A DNA stretch of 64,000 nt from assembly GCA_046735395.1 (NCBI GenBank), contig JBJKQR010000020.1:23926-87925 (forward strand). The letters run 5' to 3'. Every line of letters starts with the position of its first letter. Within the stretch, counting starts at the first letter, position 1. Under the pieces are notes generated by a model. It worked only from the letters and a program-made list of their open reading frames with translations. It did no database searches and was not told the DNA's origin. This DNA is from Fidelibacterota bacterium. GTDB taxonomy: Bacteria; Fidelibacterota; Fidelibacteria; Fidelibacterales; DSDE01. A program made the position numbers and the translations under genes. Below, one piece after another: positions 38,021-46,567 of the stretch.

Positions 38021-38659
38021 GTGTTTCCGCCCCGCTGCCGGGTCTGCGGACGCCATGCCGAATACCGGACCTTTCTCTGTTCGGACTGCTTCTACAGTTT
38101 TATCTACCATAACACCACGCCGGAAATAGCCCTGGCCCATCCGGATCCGCATGTGGAAAGTGTGTATTCGCTGCTGCTCTTCAATCATGCAGTCCGGGAA
38201 CTGCTGCATGCCCTGAAATATGAAAATATGCCCTGGGCGGGCCGGTTCTTCGGAACGCTTTTAGGCCATTTTATCGGACGGACCTATTCGCATCCACTAT
38301 TAGTTCCCATCCCGCTTCATCCGGTCAAGTTCCGTGAACGGGGCTATAATCAGAGTGTGGAAATCGGCCGGGGCCTGTGTGAATATTGCTCCTGGTCAAT
38401 GAACACAGAGATTCTGAAACGCGTGATCTACACCACGACGCAGACGGCCATGAACCGGGATGAACGCAGGACGAATATGCTGTCAGCCTTCCGCTGCAGG
38501 GAAAAAATATCTCCGGATCAGTTGATCATCCTGATTGATGATGTGTATACGACCGGCGCCACCACATCGGCAGCGGCAGAGGTGCTCTGGAATGCGGGCG
38601 CCCGCTCCATTCACGTGGTGACGGTGGCAACCCCGCTTTTCACGGGAAAAAATGCCTGA
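38021..38659 (+). CDS. comF: ComF family (double zinc ribbon + PRTase) protein
   Basis: FPPRCRVC..LCSDC, PIPLH, RERGYNQ, LIDDVYTTGAT. The frame is open further upstream, so the true start may be earlier. Confidence 0.85.
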   Translation: MFPPRCRVCGRHAEYRTFLCSDCFYSFIYHNTTPEIALAHPDPHVESVYSLLLFNHAVRELLHALKYENMPWAGRFFGTLLGHFIGRTYSHPLLVPIPLHPVKFRERGYNQSVEIGRGLCEYCSWSMNTEILKRVIYTTTQTAMNRDERRTNMLSAFRCREKISPDQLIILIDDVYTTGATTSAAAEVLWNAGARSIHVVTVATPLFTGKNA

Positions 38660-38664
38660 GAAAT

Positions 38665-39687
38665 TTATTTCAGAAAATTCCGGATAGTCTTGGATACCTT
38701 TTTCATTTCCGGTGTAATGCCCAGGTGGCCGCGGTTGTTATTCAGTATCAGCGTCCGGGCATGGAGAATTTTCGCGAATTGCAGGGGCGGAAGGGGAGAG
38801 ACGATATGGTCCTGACGGTTGACGATGATCAGCATTTCCGCATGAATGTGGGAAGCCGTTTCCTCCATGCTGTCGTGGTAATTGCGGGTGATGTTATTAT
38901 GGATCATGGCTTCCAGCTGCCAGCGGAAGTTGTCAAGAGTATAGGTGGCGCCCAGAGTCGAGCGGATGCCGTCCAGATAGCTGTCAATTTTTTCATAGGG
39001 CGTGCTGAGGCTGCGGTATTCGGGTGTATATACGATCATGTCCTGAAGAAGATTCACATTCTTGATGATGACCGAATCGGGCTGGCCGCAGTCTTCGCCT
39101 TCATCGATGATGCGGGCCTGGAGTGTCCAACTGAGCCGGTCGCTGGCCGAGGCCCGGGGCGATCCCACCCAGGATACGGCCTTGTCCATGAAATCCGGGT
39201 ATTCCACGATCCAGTTGAACACCTGCATTCCTCCCATACTGCCGCCGATGACGGCGTGGACATGCCGGATGTGCAGATTCTGCGTGAGGAGCCGATGCTG
39301 ACTGTTTACCATATCGGCCAAAGTAAAACGGGGGAAGAGTTTGCCCGGCTGCAGGTCGGAATTGGAGGGCGAGGACGATACGCCGTTGCCGAGAGCGTCT
39401 ATAACAATGACATAATAGCGGCTGCTGTCGATGATGCTGCCGGGTCTGGCTACGTGGCCCACACTTTCGCTGATGCCTCCGAACCAGGTGGGCATGATGA
39501 CGATATTGCTGCTGTCTCCGTTGATTACTCCGTATGTGCGATAGCCCACGAAACAGTCTCTGATCACAGTTCCCGCCTCGGTCTGCAGATCGCCGATGCG
39601 GCCGATTTTCTGCTCGGAAGCTGTCAGAGCAGCCCCGATCAGCAGAACAAGGAGTGCAAGTCCCGGAATCCTGTATCTTCCCATCAT
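38665..39687 (-). CDS. Homoserine O-acetyltransferase (MetX)-like alpha/beta hydrolase with signal peptide
   Basis: GYRTYG, GGSMGGMQ, QDH, GH; N-terminal signal peptide. Start moved to 39687. Confidence 0.75.
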   Translation of the reverse strand: MMGRYRIPGLALLVLLIGAALTASEQKIGRIGDLQTEAGTVIRDCFVGYRTYGVINGDSSNIVIMPTWFGGISESVGHVARPGSIIDSSRYYVIVIDALGNGVSSSPSNSDLQPGKLFPRFTLADMVNSQHRLLTQNLHIRHVHAVIGGSMGGMQVFNWIVEYPDFMDKAVSWVGSPRASASDRLSWTLQARIIDEGEDCGQPDSVIIKNVNLLQDMIVYTPEYRSLSTPYEKIDSYLDGIRSTLGATYTLDNFRWQLEAMIHNNITRNYHDSMEETASHIHAEMLIIVNRQDHIVSPLPPLQFAKILHARTLILNNNRGHLGITPEMKKVSKTIRNFLK

Positions 39688-39919
39688 TATAGATATCTCC
39701 CGTTTTAGTTTTAGGACAAAGTTAGCAAGTTGTGCAGATGAATTCATTCATAAAAAATGCCATGTCCGTGTGAATTCAAAAAGATGAGGACAGATACAGG
39801 ATCGAAGGCGATTTTGAGTCCGCTTTCACCCGCTGCGGAGCTCCCGGTTTTTAAATTTATCTTCACAATGCTGGCGGGATTGCGTATCTTTCAAACCCTT
39901 TAAAAAGGGTATAAAATTT

Positions 39920-41170
39920 ATGGTAAGCAGGCGTACTTCAATAATTGACCTCGTTTTGATTCTCCTGATGCTTTTCGGTGGGATATTCCGCTGCGCCCGG
40001 CCCACGGATCCGCCGGATCACAGTGGTGATGAACTCCTTATCAGCATTGAAAAGGAGTCGTCCGGTGATCCTGCACTTGTCTGGGACTCTTCCTCCCCGG
40101 CCATGGCCGTAATAGAATATGGCACGGATTCGGCGAATGTGGATTATTATCTGTATTCAGCCAGGGATAAATACGCACTTTCTCACCGTCTGACCCTTTT
40201 TGACGGTCCGTCGGGGTCTTTTTATTATCGGGTTCGGCAGGTCTTTTCGGACGGCAGTACGCAGATCACGCCCTTCGCGCTCTTTCCGGATTCTCTGAGC
40301 AGACGCAGCGCGGCCTGTTTTCAGTTTACGCTTTTTAATCTGTCGACTGAAAGCGGCGACTGTATTTTCATCGAAACTCCTTCAGGGAAAAAGGTGATGA
40401 TTGATGCCGGAACCCGGACCGCCGCACAGGGAGTCACCGGCCTTCTGGCAGAAATGGGCGTGGATACGCTCGACTACTTCCTCGGAACCCACGATCACGC
40501 CGATCACCTGGGGGGCTTCAGTACCATTGCCGCTGCGGTGGTTATCCGCAATCTCATCCTGCCGGATCATTTTGAACGGGATGACTATTTCAGCCGTGCC
40601 CAGTCAACGGTACGCCAGCATGGCGGACAGACCTGGACCGTCAGCAGGGGAAATACGGATGAAAACAGTCCCTTCCTGGCCTGGGATCCTGCGCTGCACA
40701 TCGAAGTCTGGGCGTCCGGATGCGGAGATGACTTTCCGAATATCAGCTATGACGGATCCCGTATCAACAATGACTCTCCGCTGCTGAAGCTCAGCTTCGG
40801 GAATTTTCAGCTCGTGACCGGCGGAGACAGCGAGAATGAAGTTCATAAGCGCTATGTCACCGATGACCCTGATATTGATGCGGGTGCAGATGTCTTCAAG
40901 GCCTCCCATCATGGCCGTACCGACAGCAATGACCGGCTGTTTCTGGATGCTGTGGATCCGACGGCCGTTCTGATCTCCACCTTTGATGACGGAAGCTGCA
41001 ACGGGCTATTCCAGTGCGCCACGCTTCCCATCTTTCATGCCGTCAATGCGGAGGTATTCCGGACTGACTGTGCGTCACCGGAACTCAATCACAGCAATCC
41101 CAATAAAAAGAAAAATGCCGATATCCGCTGTATCAGCGACGGCAGCTGTTTTATCATAGAAACCCGATAA
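39920..41170 (+). CDS. Lipoprotein with FN3-like domain and ComEC/Rec2-type metallo-beta-lactamase domain
   Basis: GDCIFI, MIDAG, THDHADHLGG (HxHxDH), NNDS, GGDSE, FKASHHG; no Competence membrane domain. Confidence 0.8.
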   Translation: MVSRRTSIIDLVLILLMLFGGIFRCARPTDPPDHSGDELLISIEKESSGDPALVWDSSSPAMAVIEYGTDSANVDYYLYSARDKYALSHRLTLFDGPSGSFYYRVRQVFSDGSTQITPFALFPDSLSRRSAACFQFTLFNLSTESGDCIFIETPSGKKVMIDAGTRTAAQGVTGLLAEMGVDTLDYFLGTHDHADHLGGFSTIAAAVVIRNLILPDHFERDDYFSRAQSTVRQHGGQTWTVSRGNTDENSPFLAWDPALHIEVWASGCGDDFPNISYDGSRINNDSPLLKLSFGNFQLVTGGDSENEVHKRYVTDDPDIDAGADVFKASHHGRTDSNDRLFLDAVDPTAVLISTFDDGSCNGLFQCATLPIFHAVNAEVFRTDCASPELNHSNPNKKKNADIRCISDGSCFIIETR

Positions 41171-41185
41171 TAAATGAGGATGATT

Positions 41186-43765
41186 ATGAAAAAGTGTCTC
41201 ATCGCGTGTTTTATCGCATTCATGGCTGCCGGCAGTGCCTTCGGCCAGCTGTTCATCAATGAAATAGATTACGATCAGCCCTCGACGGATCATGATGAAT
41301 TCGTGGAGCTCGCCGGGCCTGCAGGGGCTTACAGCAATGTGGTGCTGGAACTGGTCAATGGAAATGACGGCGCTGTGTACAATACATTTGCCGTCGGAAA
41401 TATTACTCTGACGGATGCGGGGAACGGCTATGGTTTTCTGAAAGTGGATACGCCCGCAATCCAGAACGGTTCTCCCGACGGCGTGCAGCTGAAGGTGAAC
41501 GGCAGCATCGTGGATGCCGTCTGCTATGAAGGGCCATTGAATGACACAAACGGGAATCCCATGGAGTACGCGGATGAAAATATTGTCATGCCGCCCTATG
41601 AAAGTGACGATGGAATGTCTCTGAGCCGCCTCGGGCTGAAGGGCGCGCCCTGGAGTATCGTGGCCACGACACCCGGAACCATCAATACGGGCCAGGTGCT
41701 GGATGCCAATGCAAATTACGCTCCGACCGCCTTTGCCGGTGCTGATAAAACCGCCGGGCCGGGAGATCTGGTGACTCTGGACGGCAGTGCATCCAGTGAC
41801 CCGGAAAACCGGGCACTGACCTATCTGTGGAAACTGGAATCCGGTTCGGGCATCACCCTGAGTTCCACCTCGGAGGCCATCGTGACCTTCACGGTTCCGG
41901 ATATAACCGAGAACACGACCTGGACCTTTTCGCTCACCGTGACGGATGATGCCGACCAGAGTGATACGGACACCGTGCTGGTTGCCGCCTATCTGTCGTC
42001 TCAGGTTACCATGGCGGAAGCCCGGGCTCTGCCGATCGGCGCCTTCGTTGAGGTGCAGGGTGTGGTCAATTCGATAAATTATTCATCCAGCGGAACGGAA
42101 TATACCTTTCAGGATGAGACCGGCGGACTTGATCTGTATTTTACCGGCGCCATTCTTGATTTCGCGGTGGGAGATGAATTGCAGGTAAAAGGTCTGACGG
42201 AGGATTATAATGGAAAACTTGAGGTCGTTCCGGCCTCAGAGTCCGATATCGTCAAAATTCAGTCCGGTGTGACCCTCACCGCACAGGTTATCACAGTCGG
42301 CGAGCTGGCCGGCAATGGTGAAAATTATGAAAGTGAACTCATTCAGATCCTGGGTGTGACCAACACGGGAACCGGGGACAGCTGGCCCGCGTCCGGCAGC
42401 AATGCCAACATCAATATCAGTGACAACGGGACGGATGTGGCGGTCCTGCGCATCGACAAGGAGACGGACGTGGACGGCAGCGAGGAACCGAAGTGGCCGG
42501 CAGACGTCACGGGAGTAGTGACGGAATATTCCGGCGTGTATCAGATTTTACCGCGTTCCCTCAGCGATATTTCCGGTGATATGAATGCCCCGACCTTCGG
42601 AACGCCGGTATTGACAGCCAATGGCTCGACTTTTCTGACCGGAAATACGCAGATCATCGTTTCCGTGGATATTACGCCGGCTGAAGGCCAGAGTATCGGA
42701 ACCGTCTCCGTGGCCTATGGATCATCCGGTGTGTTTCCGTCCACGGCACCCATGGCTCAGTATTCGGGAAGCACCTACATGGGCGCCATTCCCGCCCGGG
42801 ATGAAAACAGTGAACTGGAGGTGAAGATTGTGGCGGATGGCTATGAATCGTCGGTCACCTCTTTTGTTGTATCCGCAACGTCCCTGACGCCGATTTCGGA
42901 AATTCACGCACATATTGACAGCCTCAACGGACTGGTAACAACCATTCAGGGTGTGGTCACCATGGGCGTCAATCTCCTGCAGACCGGCGTGTCCAAAGGC
43001 TATATTCAGGATGAATCGGGCCGGGGACTGAATTTCTTCGACGGAGTGGTTCTGGAAGATCTGGCCCGTGGCGCGGAAGTGAAGATGGCCGGGATCGTGG
43101 AGCTGTACGGCGGCAGCACTGTGGAAATCCGCGATTTCAGTTACGAACTCATCAGTACGGGCAACCCTCTGCCTGCAGCTGTCTCCGTGACGCCGGATCA
43201 GGCCAATTCCTCCGATTGGGAAGGAACGCTGATCGAAGTGGAAGGGGAAGTCACCGATATCTGGACCAATACAACCAATACTCTGACCAAATATACAGTA
43301 ACGGATCCGAATAACAGCAGCTCCAGCACAGCGGTGGTAAACTGGCATACGACCGGGCTGGATCTGTCCTCCATTCTGCTGAATTCACACAACCGATTCA
43401 AGGGTGTGGGATCGGCCTATAACGGAGAATTCCAGATGCTCATTGCCTATCGGGAGGATCTGAAGCTTCTGACCTCCATTGACGGGAATCCGATGGAAGT
43501 CAGGGAATTCAGGCTGCACCCCGCCTATCCCAATCCTTTCAATCCTTCCACCCGTCTGTCCGTGGATCTGCCGGAAAGCGCAGACCTGACGGTACGAATT
43601 TATGATATCAGCGGCCGCAAGGTGGCCGACCTGAGCCGCAGCGCTGTACCGGCCGGATCCTCCCTTATCGAATGGAACGGGGCGAAGCAGGCATCCGGAG
43701 TGTATTTTGTCCGGGTGCGGGCCGGTCAATATTCGGCAGTGCAAAAAATCATGCTGATCAAATAG
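41186..43765 (+). CDS. Secreted protein: lamin-tail-like, PKD, repeated OB-folds, T9SS type A-like CTD
   Basis: LFINEIDYD..EFVEL, APTAFAGAD, VQGVV..FQDETGG..VGD..V.G..DYNG and a second such module; AYPNPFNPST..SGVYF..KIMLIK. Confidence 0.75.
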   Translation: MKKCLIACFIAFMAAGSAFGQLFINEIDYDQPSTDHDEFVELAGPAGAYSNVVLELVNGNDGAVYNTFAVGNITLTDAGNGYGFLKVDTPAIQNGSPDGVQLKVNGSIVDAVCYEGPLNDTNGNPMEYADENIVMPPYESDDGMSLSRLGLKGAPWSIVATTPGTINTGQVLDANANYAPTAFAGADKTAGPGDLVTLDGSASSDPENRALTYLWKLESGSGITLSSTSEAIVTFTVPDITENTTWTFSLTVTDDADQSDTDTVLVAAYLSSQVTMAEARALPIGAFVEVQGVVNSINYSSSGTEYTFQDETGGLDLYFTGAILDFAVGDELQVKGLTEDYNGKLEVVPASESDIVKIQSGVTLTAQVITVGELAGNGENYESELIQILGVTNTGTGDSWPASGSNANINISDNGTDVAVLRIDKETDVDGSEEPKWPADVTGVVTEYSGVYQILPRSLSDISGDMNAPTFGTPVLTANGSTFLTGNTQIIVSVDITPAEGQSIGTVSVAYGSSGVFPSTAPMAQYSGSTYMGAIPARDENSELEVKIVADGYESSVTSFVVSATSLTPISEIHAHIDSLNGLVTTIQGVVTMGVNLLQTGVSKGYIQDESGRGLNFFDGVVLEDLARGAEVKMAGIVELYGGSTVEIRDFSYELISTGNPLPAAVSVTPDQANSSDWEGTLIEVEGEVTDIWTNTTNTLTKYTVTDPNNSSSSTAVVNWHTTGLDLSSILLNSHNRFKGVGSAYNGEFQMLIAYREDLKLLTSIDGNPMEVREFRLHPAYPNPFNPSTRLSVDLPESADLTVRIYDISGRKVADLSRSAVPAGSSLIEWNGAKQASGVYFVRVRAGQYSAVQKIMLIK

Positions 43766-43778
43766 AAGTAGAGAAATC

Positions 43779-45470
43779 ATGAAAAAGACGATTCATTATC
43801 TGTTCGCTTTTCTGCTTGTTCCCATGCTGCTTTCAGCCGCGGACCATCTCCTTTTTACGGAAATTGTCATGCAGCCGCTGGGAGCCGAATATGTTAAGAT
43901 CAAGAATCCGGGAAGCAGTGCCGTTGACCTCGGCAATTACTATCTCAGTGATGCGGAGGACAATGTCAATGGGAAGCACTATTACAATCTGCCGTCGGGG
44001 CAGAACTACTGGTCCGGAGCTCCTGATGACTTCATTGCCCGGTTTCCGGATGTGACGCTGGCAGCCGGCCAGGAGATCATTGTCGGCGCCTATTCCTCCA
44101 CGGAGTTTGAAGCCGCTCATAAATTCGCACCGGATTATGCCCTGATAAACGGGGGCATGCGTCAGGCTGTGGACGGCCAGACAACCATCGGAACCTTCAC
44201 CTTCATCAATCGCTTCGCCACTTCCGGAGAATCACTGATTCTCTTTTACTGGGACGGAACGGCTTCGCCGGTTCAGGATGTGGATTATCTGCTCTGGGGC
44301 AGTCGGAACTTTGCGGTGGATAAGAGCGGCGTAAGCGGGTATGCGGATGATACACCCGCAGCGTCCCAGAGTATGCTGTCGGCGCATCTGGACGGCCAGA
44401 AACTGATCCGGAAAAGCGACAGTGAGGGGACAGAGCCGGCTTCCGGCGGAAACGGCATCACCGGTCACGACGAGACCGGAGAAAACCTGACCGACACCTG
44501 GACGACGGCGGCACTCATTTTTCCCAAACCCAAAATCACGAATCTTCTGACAAATCCGGTGAAGCCTTCGACCCGTGATGATGTCACCTTCAGCTGTACC
44601 GTGACCGATTCGGTCGGCCTGGCCTCCGTCGTGCTTACCACCATTGCGGGAGAGGATACGCTGAAGACGGACATGAGCGAAGGCGCTGCGTCCCTGTATT
44701 CAGCCACACTGAATTTCCGCGGATCCGCCGCAGACAAGGTCTCGTGGTATGTGACAGCAACCAATACCCAGAGTTTTGAGACCATCTCCACGGTAAAGAC
44801 GCTGTCCCTGCTGGTCGAAGTGACCATCCGGGAAATTCAGCAGAATCTGGCAGACTGGGTGGGCAAGATTGTGAATGTCTCCGGTGTGGTCATCAGCCGC
44901 GCCGACAATGTGGGCGGCGGTTCAAATATCCTGCTGGATGACGGATCGGGAACCATCACGATCCGCATCTGGAATACGGACAATATCCTGGTCGGCACGT
45001 CCGGCAGTATTATCAATGAAGACCTGGATGCCCTGCTGCAGTTCGGAACCCGCATACGTCTGTCTGCAACGGTGGACGAATATAATGGCGATGCGCAGCT
45101 TGTGCCGGCTTCGGCGGATGATTTCAGTGAATACAGCAGCGGCAGCGAGGGAGACGGAAAACTGGTTCTCGATGTGGCGCCCTATCCGTTTGTTCCGCAG
45201 CTCGGCGAAATGCTGAAATACCATGTCGAGTATCCTGAGAACTGCCGTGTAATCCTGCGTGTTTATGATTATTCCGGACGCTTCATCTGTGCACTGATGG
45301 ATGAGCAGCACGGCCTGAGCTGGCAGTTTGATGATACCTGGAACGGCCGGGATGAGCTGAATCATCTGGTTGCGCCCGGGAAGTATCTCCTGGTGCTGGA
45401 GAGTACAAATCTGAAAACGGCGGCGGCACAGCGGGCCATTGCTCCCGTGGTTGTAGGCGTGAAGTTTTAA
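43779..45470 (+). CDS. Secreted protein: lamin-tail, Ig-like, OB-fold, FlgD/CTD-like C-terminus
   Basis: LLFTEIV..EYVKIKN..VDLGNYYLSD; VSGVV..LDDGSG..DEYNG..QLVP; PYPF..WNGRD..PGKY. Confidence 0.7.
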   Translation: MKKTIHYLFAFLLVPMLLSAADHLLFTEIVMQPLGAEYVKIKNPGSSAVDLGNYYLSDAEDNVNGKHYYNLPSGQNYWSGAPDDFIARFPDVTLAAGQEIIVGAYSSTEFEAAHKFAPDYALINGGMRQAVDGQTTIGTFTFINRFATSGESLILFYWDGTASPVQDVDYLLWGSRNFAVDKSGVSGYADDTPAASQSMLSAHLDGQKLIRKSDSEGTEPASGGNGITGHDETGENLTDTWTTAALIFPKPKITNLLTNPVKPSTRDDVTFSCTVTDSVGLASVVLTTIAGEDTLKTDMSEGAASLYSATLNFRGSAADKVSWYVTATNTQSFETISTVKTLSLLVEVTIREIQQNLADWVGKIVNVSGVVISRADNVGGGSNILLDDGSGTITIRIWNTDNILVGTSGSIINEDLDALLQFGTRIRLSATVDEYNGDAQLVPASADDFSEYSSGSEGDGKLVLDVAPYPFVPQLGEMLKYHVEYPENCRVILRVYDYSGRFICALMDEQHGLSWQFDDTWNGRDELNHLVAPGKYLLVLESTNLKTAAAQRAIAPVVVGVKF

Positions 45471-45669
45471 CGGACAATTGACAATGAATAATGCAAAATG
45501 GACCAGGACTGATAAAACGGGTGAAAAGTTCCTGCCGGGAAGATGGTATGCATTTGCCGCGGACATCGTAAACCTGTGCAAGCCTGATTCTGAGGAAAAT
45601 AAATGATTGCAAAAAATTGTTTATACGGCAAATTGTCAAATATCGATTTTCAATTTCGGAGTTAATAAT

Positions 45670-46560
45670 ATGAAGCAGTTTCTGATAATTTTATGCACAG
45701 CCATTGCACTGCAGGGACAGGTGTTCAGCGAGTACAGCTTCGGGGCGGCAGATGCGGCCGGATCGGGAGGTTCACAGGGAGCTGTCATCAGCAGTGTGTG
45801 GTCATGCTCGCAGAATCCTGCCGGCTATGCCGGGCTTAGATCACCGGCAGCAGCCGTGGGACAGTTCCGTCCGGCAGGCCAGAGTTTCAGCCGCTGGATT
45901 TCATTCGCGGCGGCCATGCCCCTAAGAGATAAATGGGGGAGCATTGCCCTGAACGGCGACCAGAGTGCTGTTGATTACGGCGGGCGTCAGTACGGAAGCG
46001 AAAGCGCCCTGGCGCTGACCCATGCCTTTATTCTGCAGAAGGATATCCGTTCATCGCTTCGCTTCGGCTACAGTATCCGCTATCTCAGCGTGGATTACGG
46101 TCAGAGCGCGGGCCTCAGCGGTGACGGGAGCGATGGCGTGGATCTGGGCGGCGGCTCGGTTATGGCCGTGGATGTGGGGCTTCAGGGAAGTCTTCGTGAG
46201 CGGACCTGGGTTGGTGTCACGCTGAGAAATATCAATTCGCCCGAGCTGGGCAATTCTACATCCGGTTCTCCCCTGCCCCGGAAGATTACGGCCGCTCTCG
46301 CCTATTCGCCCTACTGGGGCCTGGTCAGCAGCTTCGCGGTGGACAAGGAACTGGGAAATGACTTTCAGTACCGGGCGGGGCTGGATTACCGGCTCAATGA
46401 CCGGATTGCTCTGAGAAGCGGTGTATCCACCTATCCCAGCCAGCTTACCCTTGGCGCGGCAGTGAACTGGAAGTATTTTATTTTTGATTATGCCTTTATT
46501 ACGCATCCTGTCCTGCCCGCGATCCAGATGTTTAATTTGAGTTTTTATCTAAAGCAGTGA
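45670..46560 (+). CDS. PorV/PorQ-like outer-membrane beta-barrel
   Basis: Signal peptide, QNPAG, amphipathic strands, FDYAF.THPVL. Start moved to ATG 45670. Confidence 0.65.
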   Translation: MKQFLIILCTAIALQGQVFSEYSFGAADAAGSGGSQGAVISSVWSCSQNPAGYAGLRSPAAAVGQFRPAGQSFSRWISFAAAMPLRDKWGSIALNGDQSAVDYGGRQYGSESALALTHAFILQKDIRSSLRFGYSIRYLSVDYGQSAGLSGDGSDGVDLGGGSVMAVDVGLQGSLRERTWVGVTLRNINSPELGNSTSGSPLPRKITAALAYSPYWGLVSSFAVDKELGNDFQYRAGLDYRLNDRIALRSGVSTYPSQLTLGAAVNWKYFIFDYAFITHPVLPAIQMFNLSFYLKQ

Positions 46561-46567
46561 TGGCCCT

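Noticed and set aside
38021..41170. Complete natural competence locus
   Set aside because: ComF and a ComEC-like MBL domain are present, but there is no ComEC membrane channel, pilin or DprA in the window.
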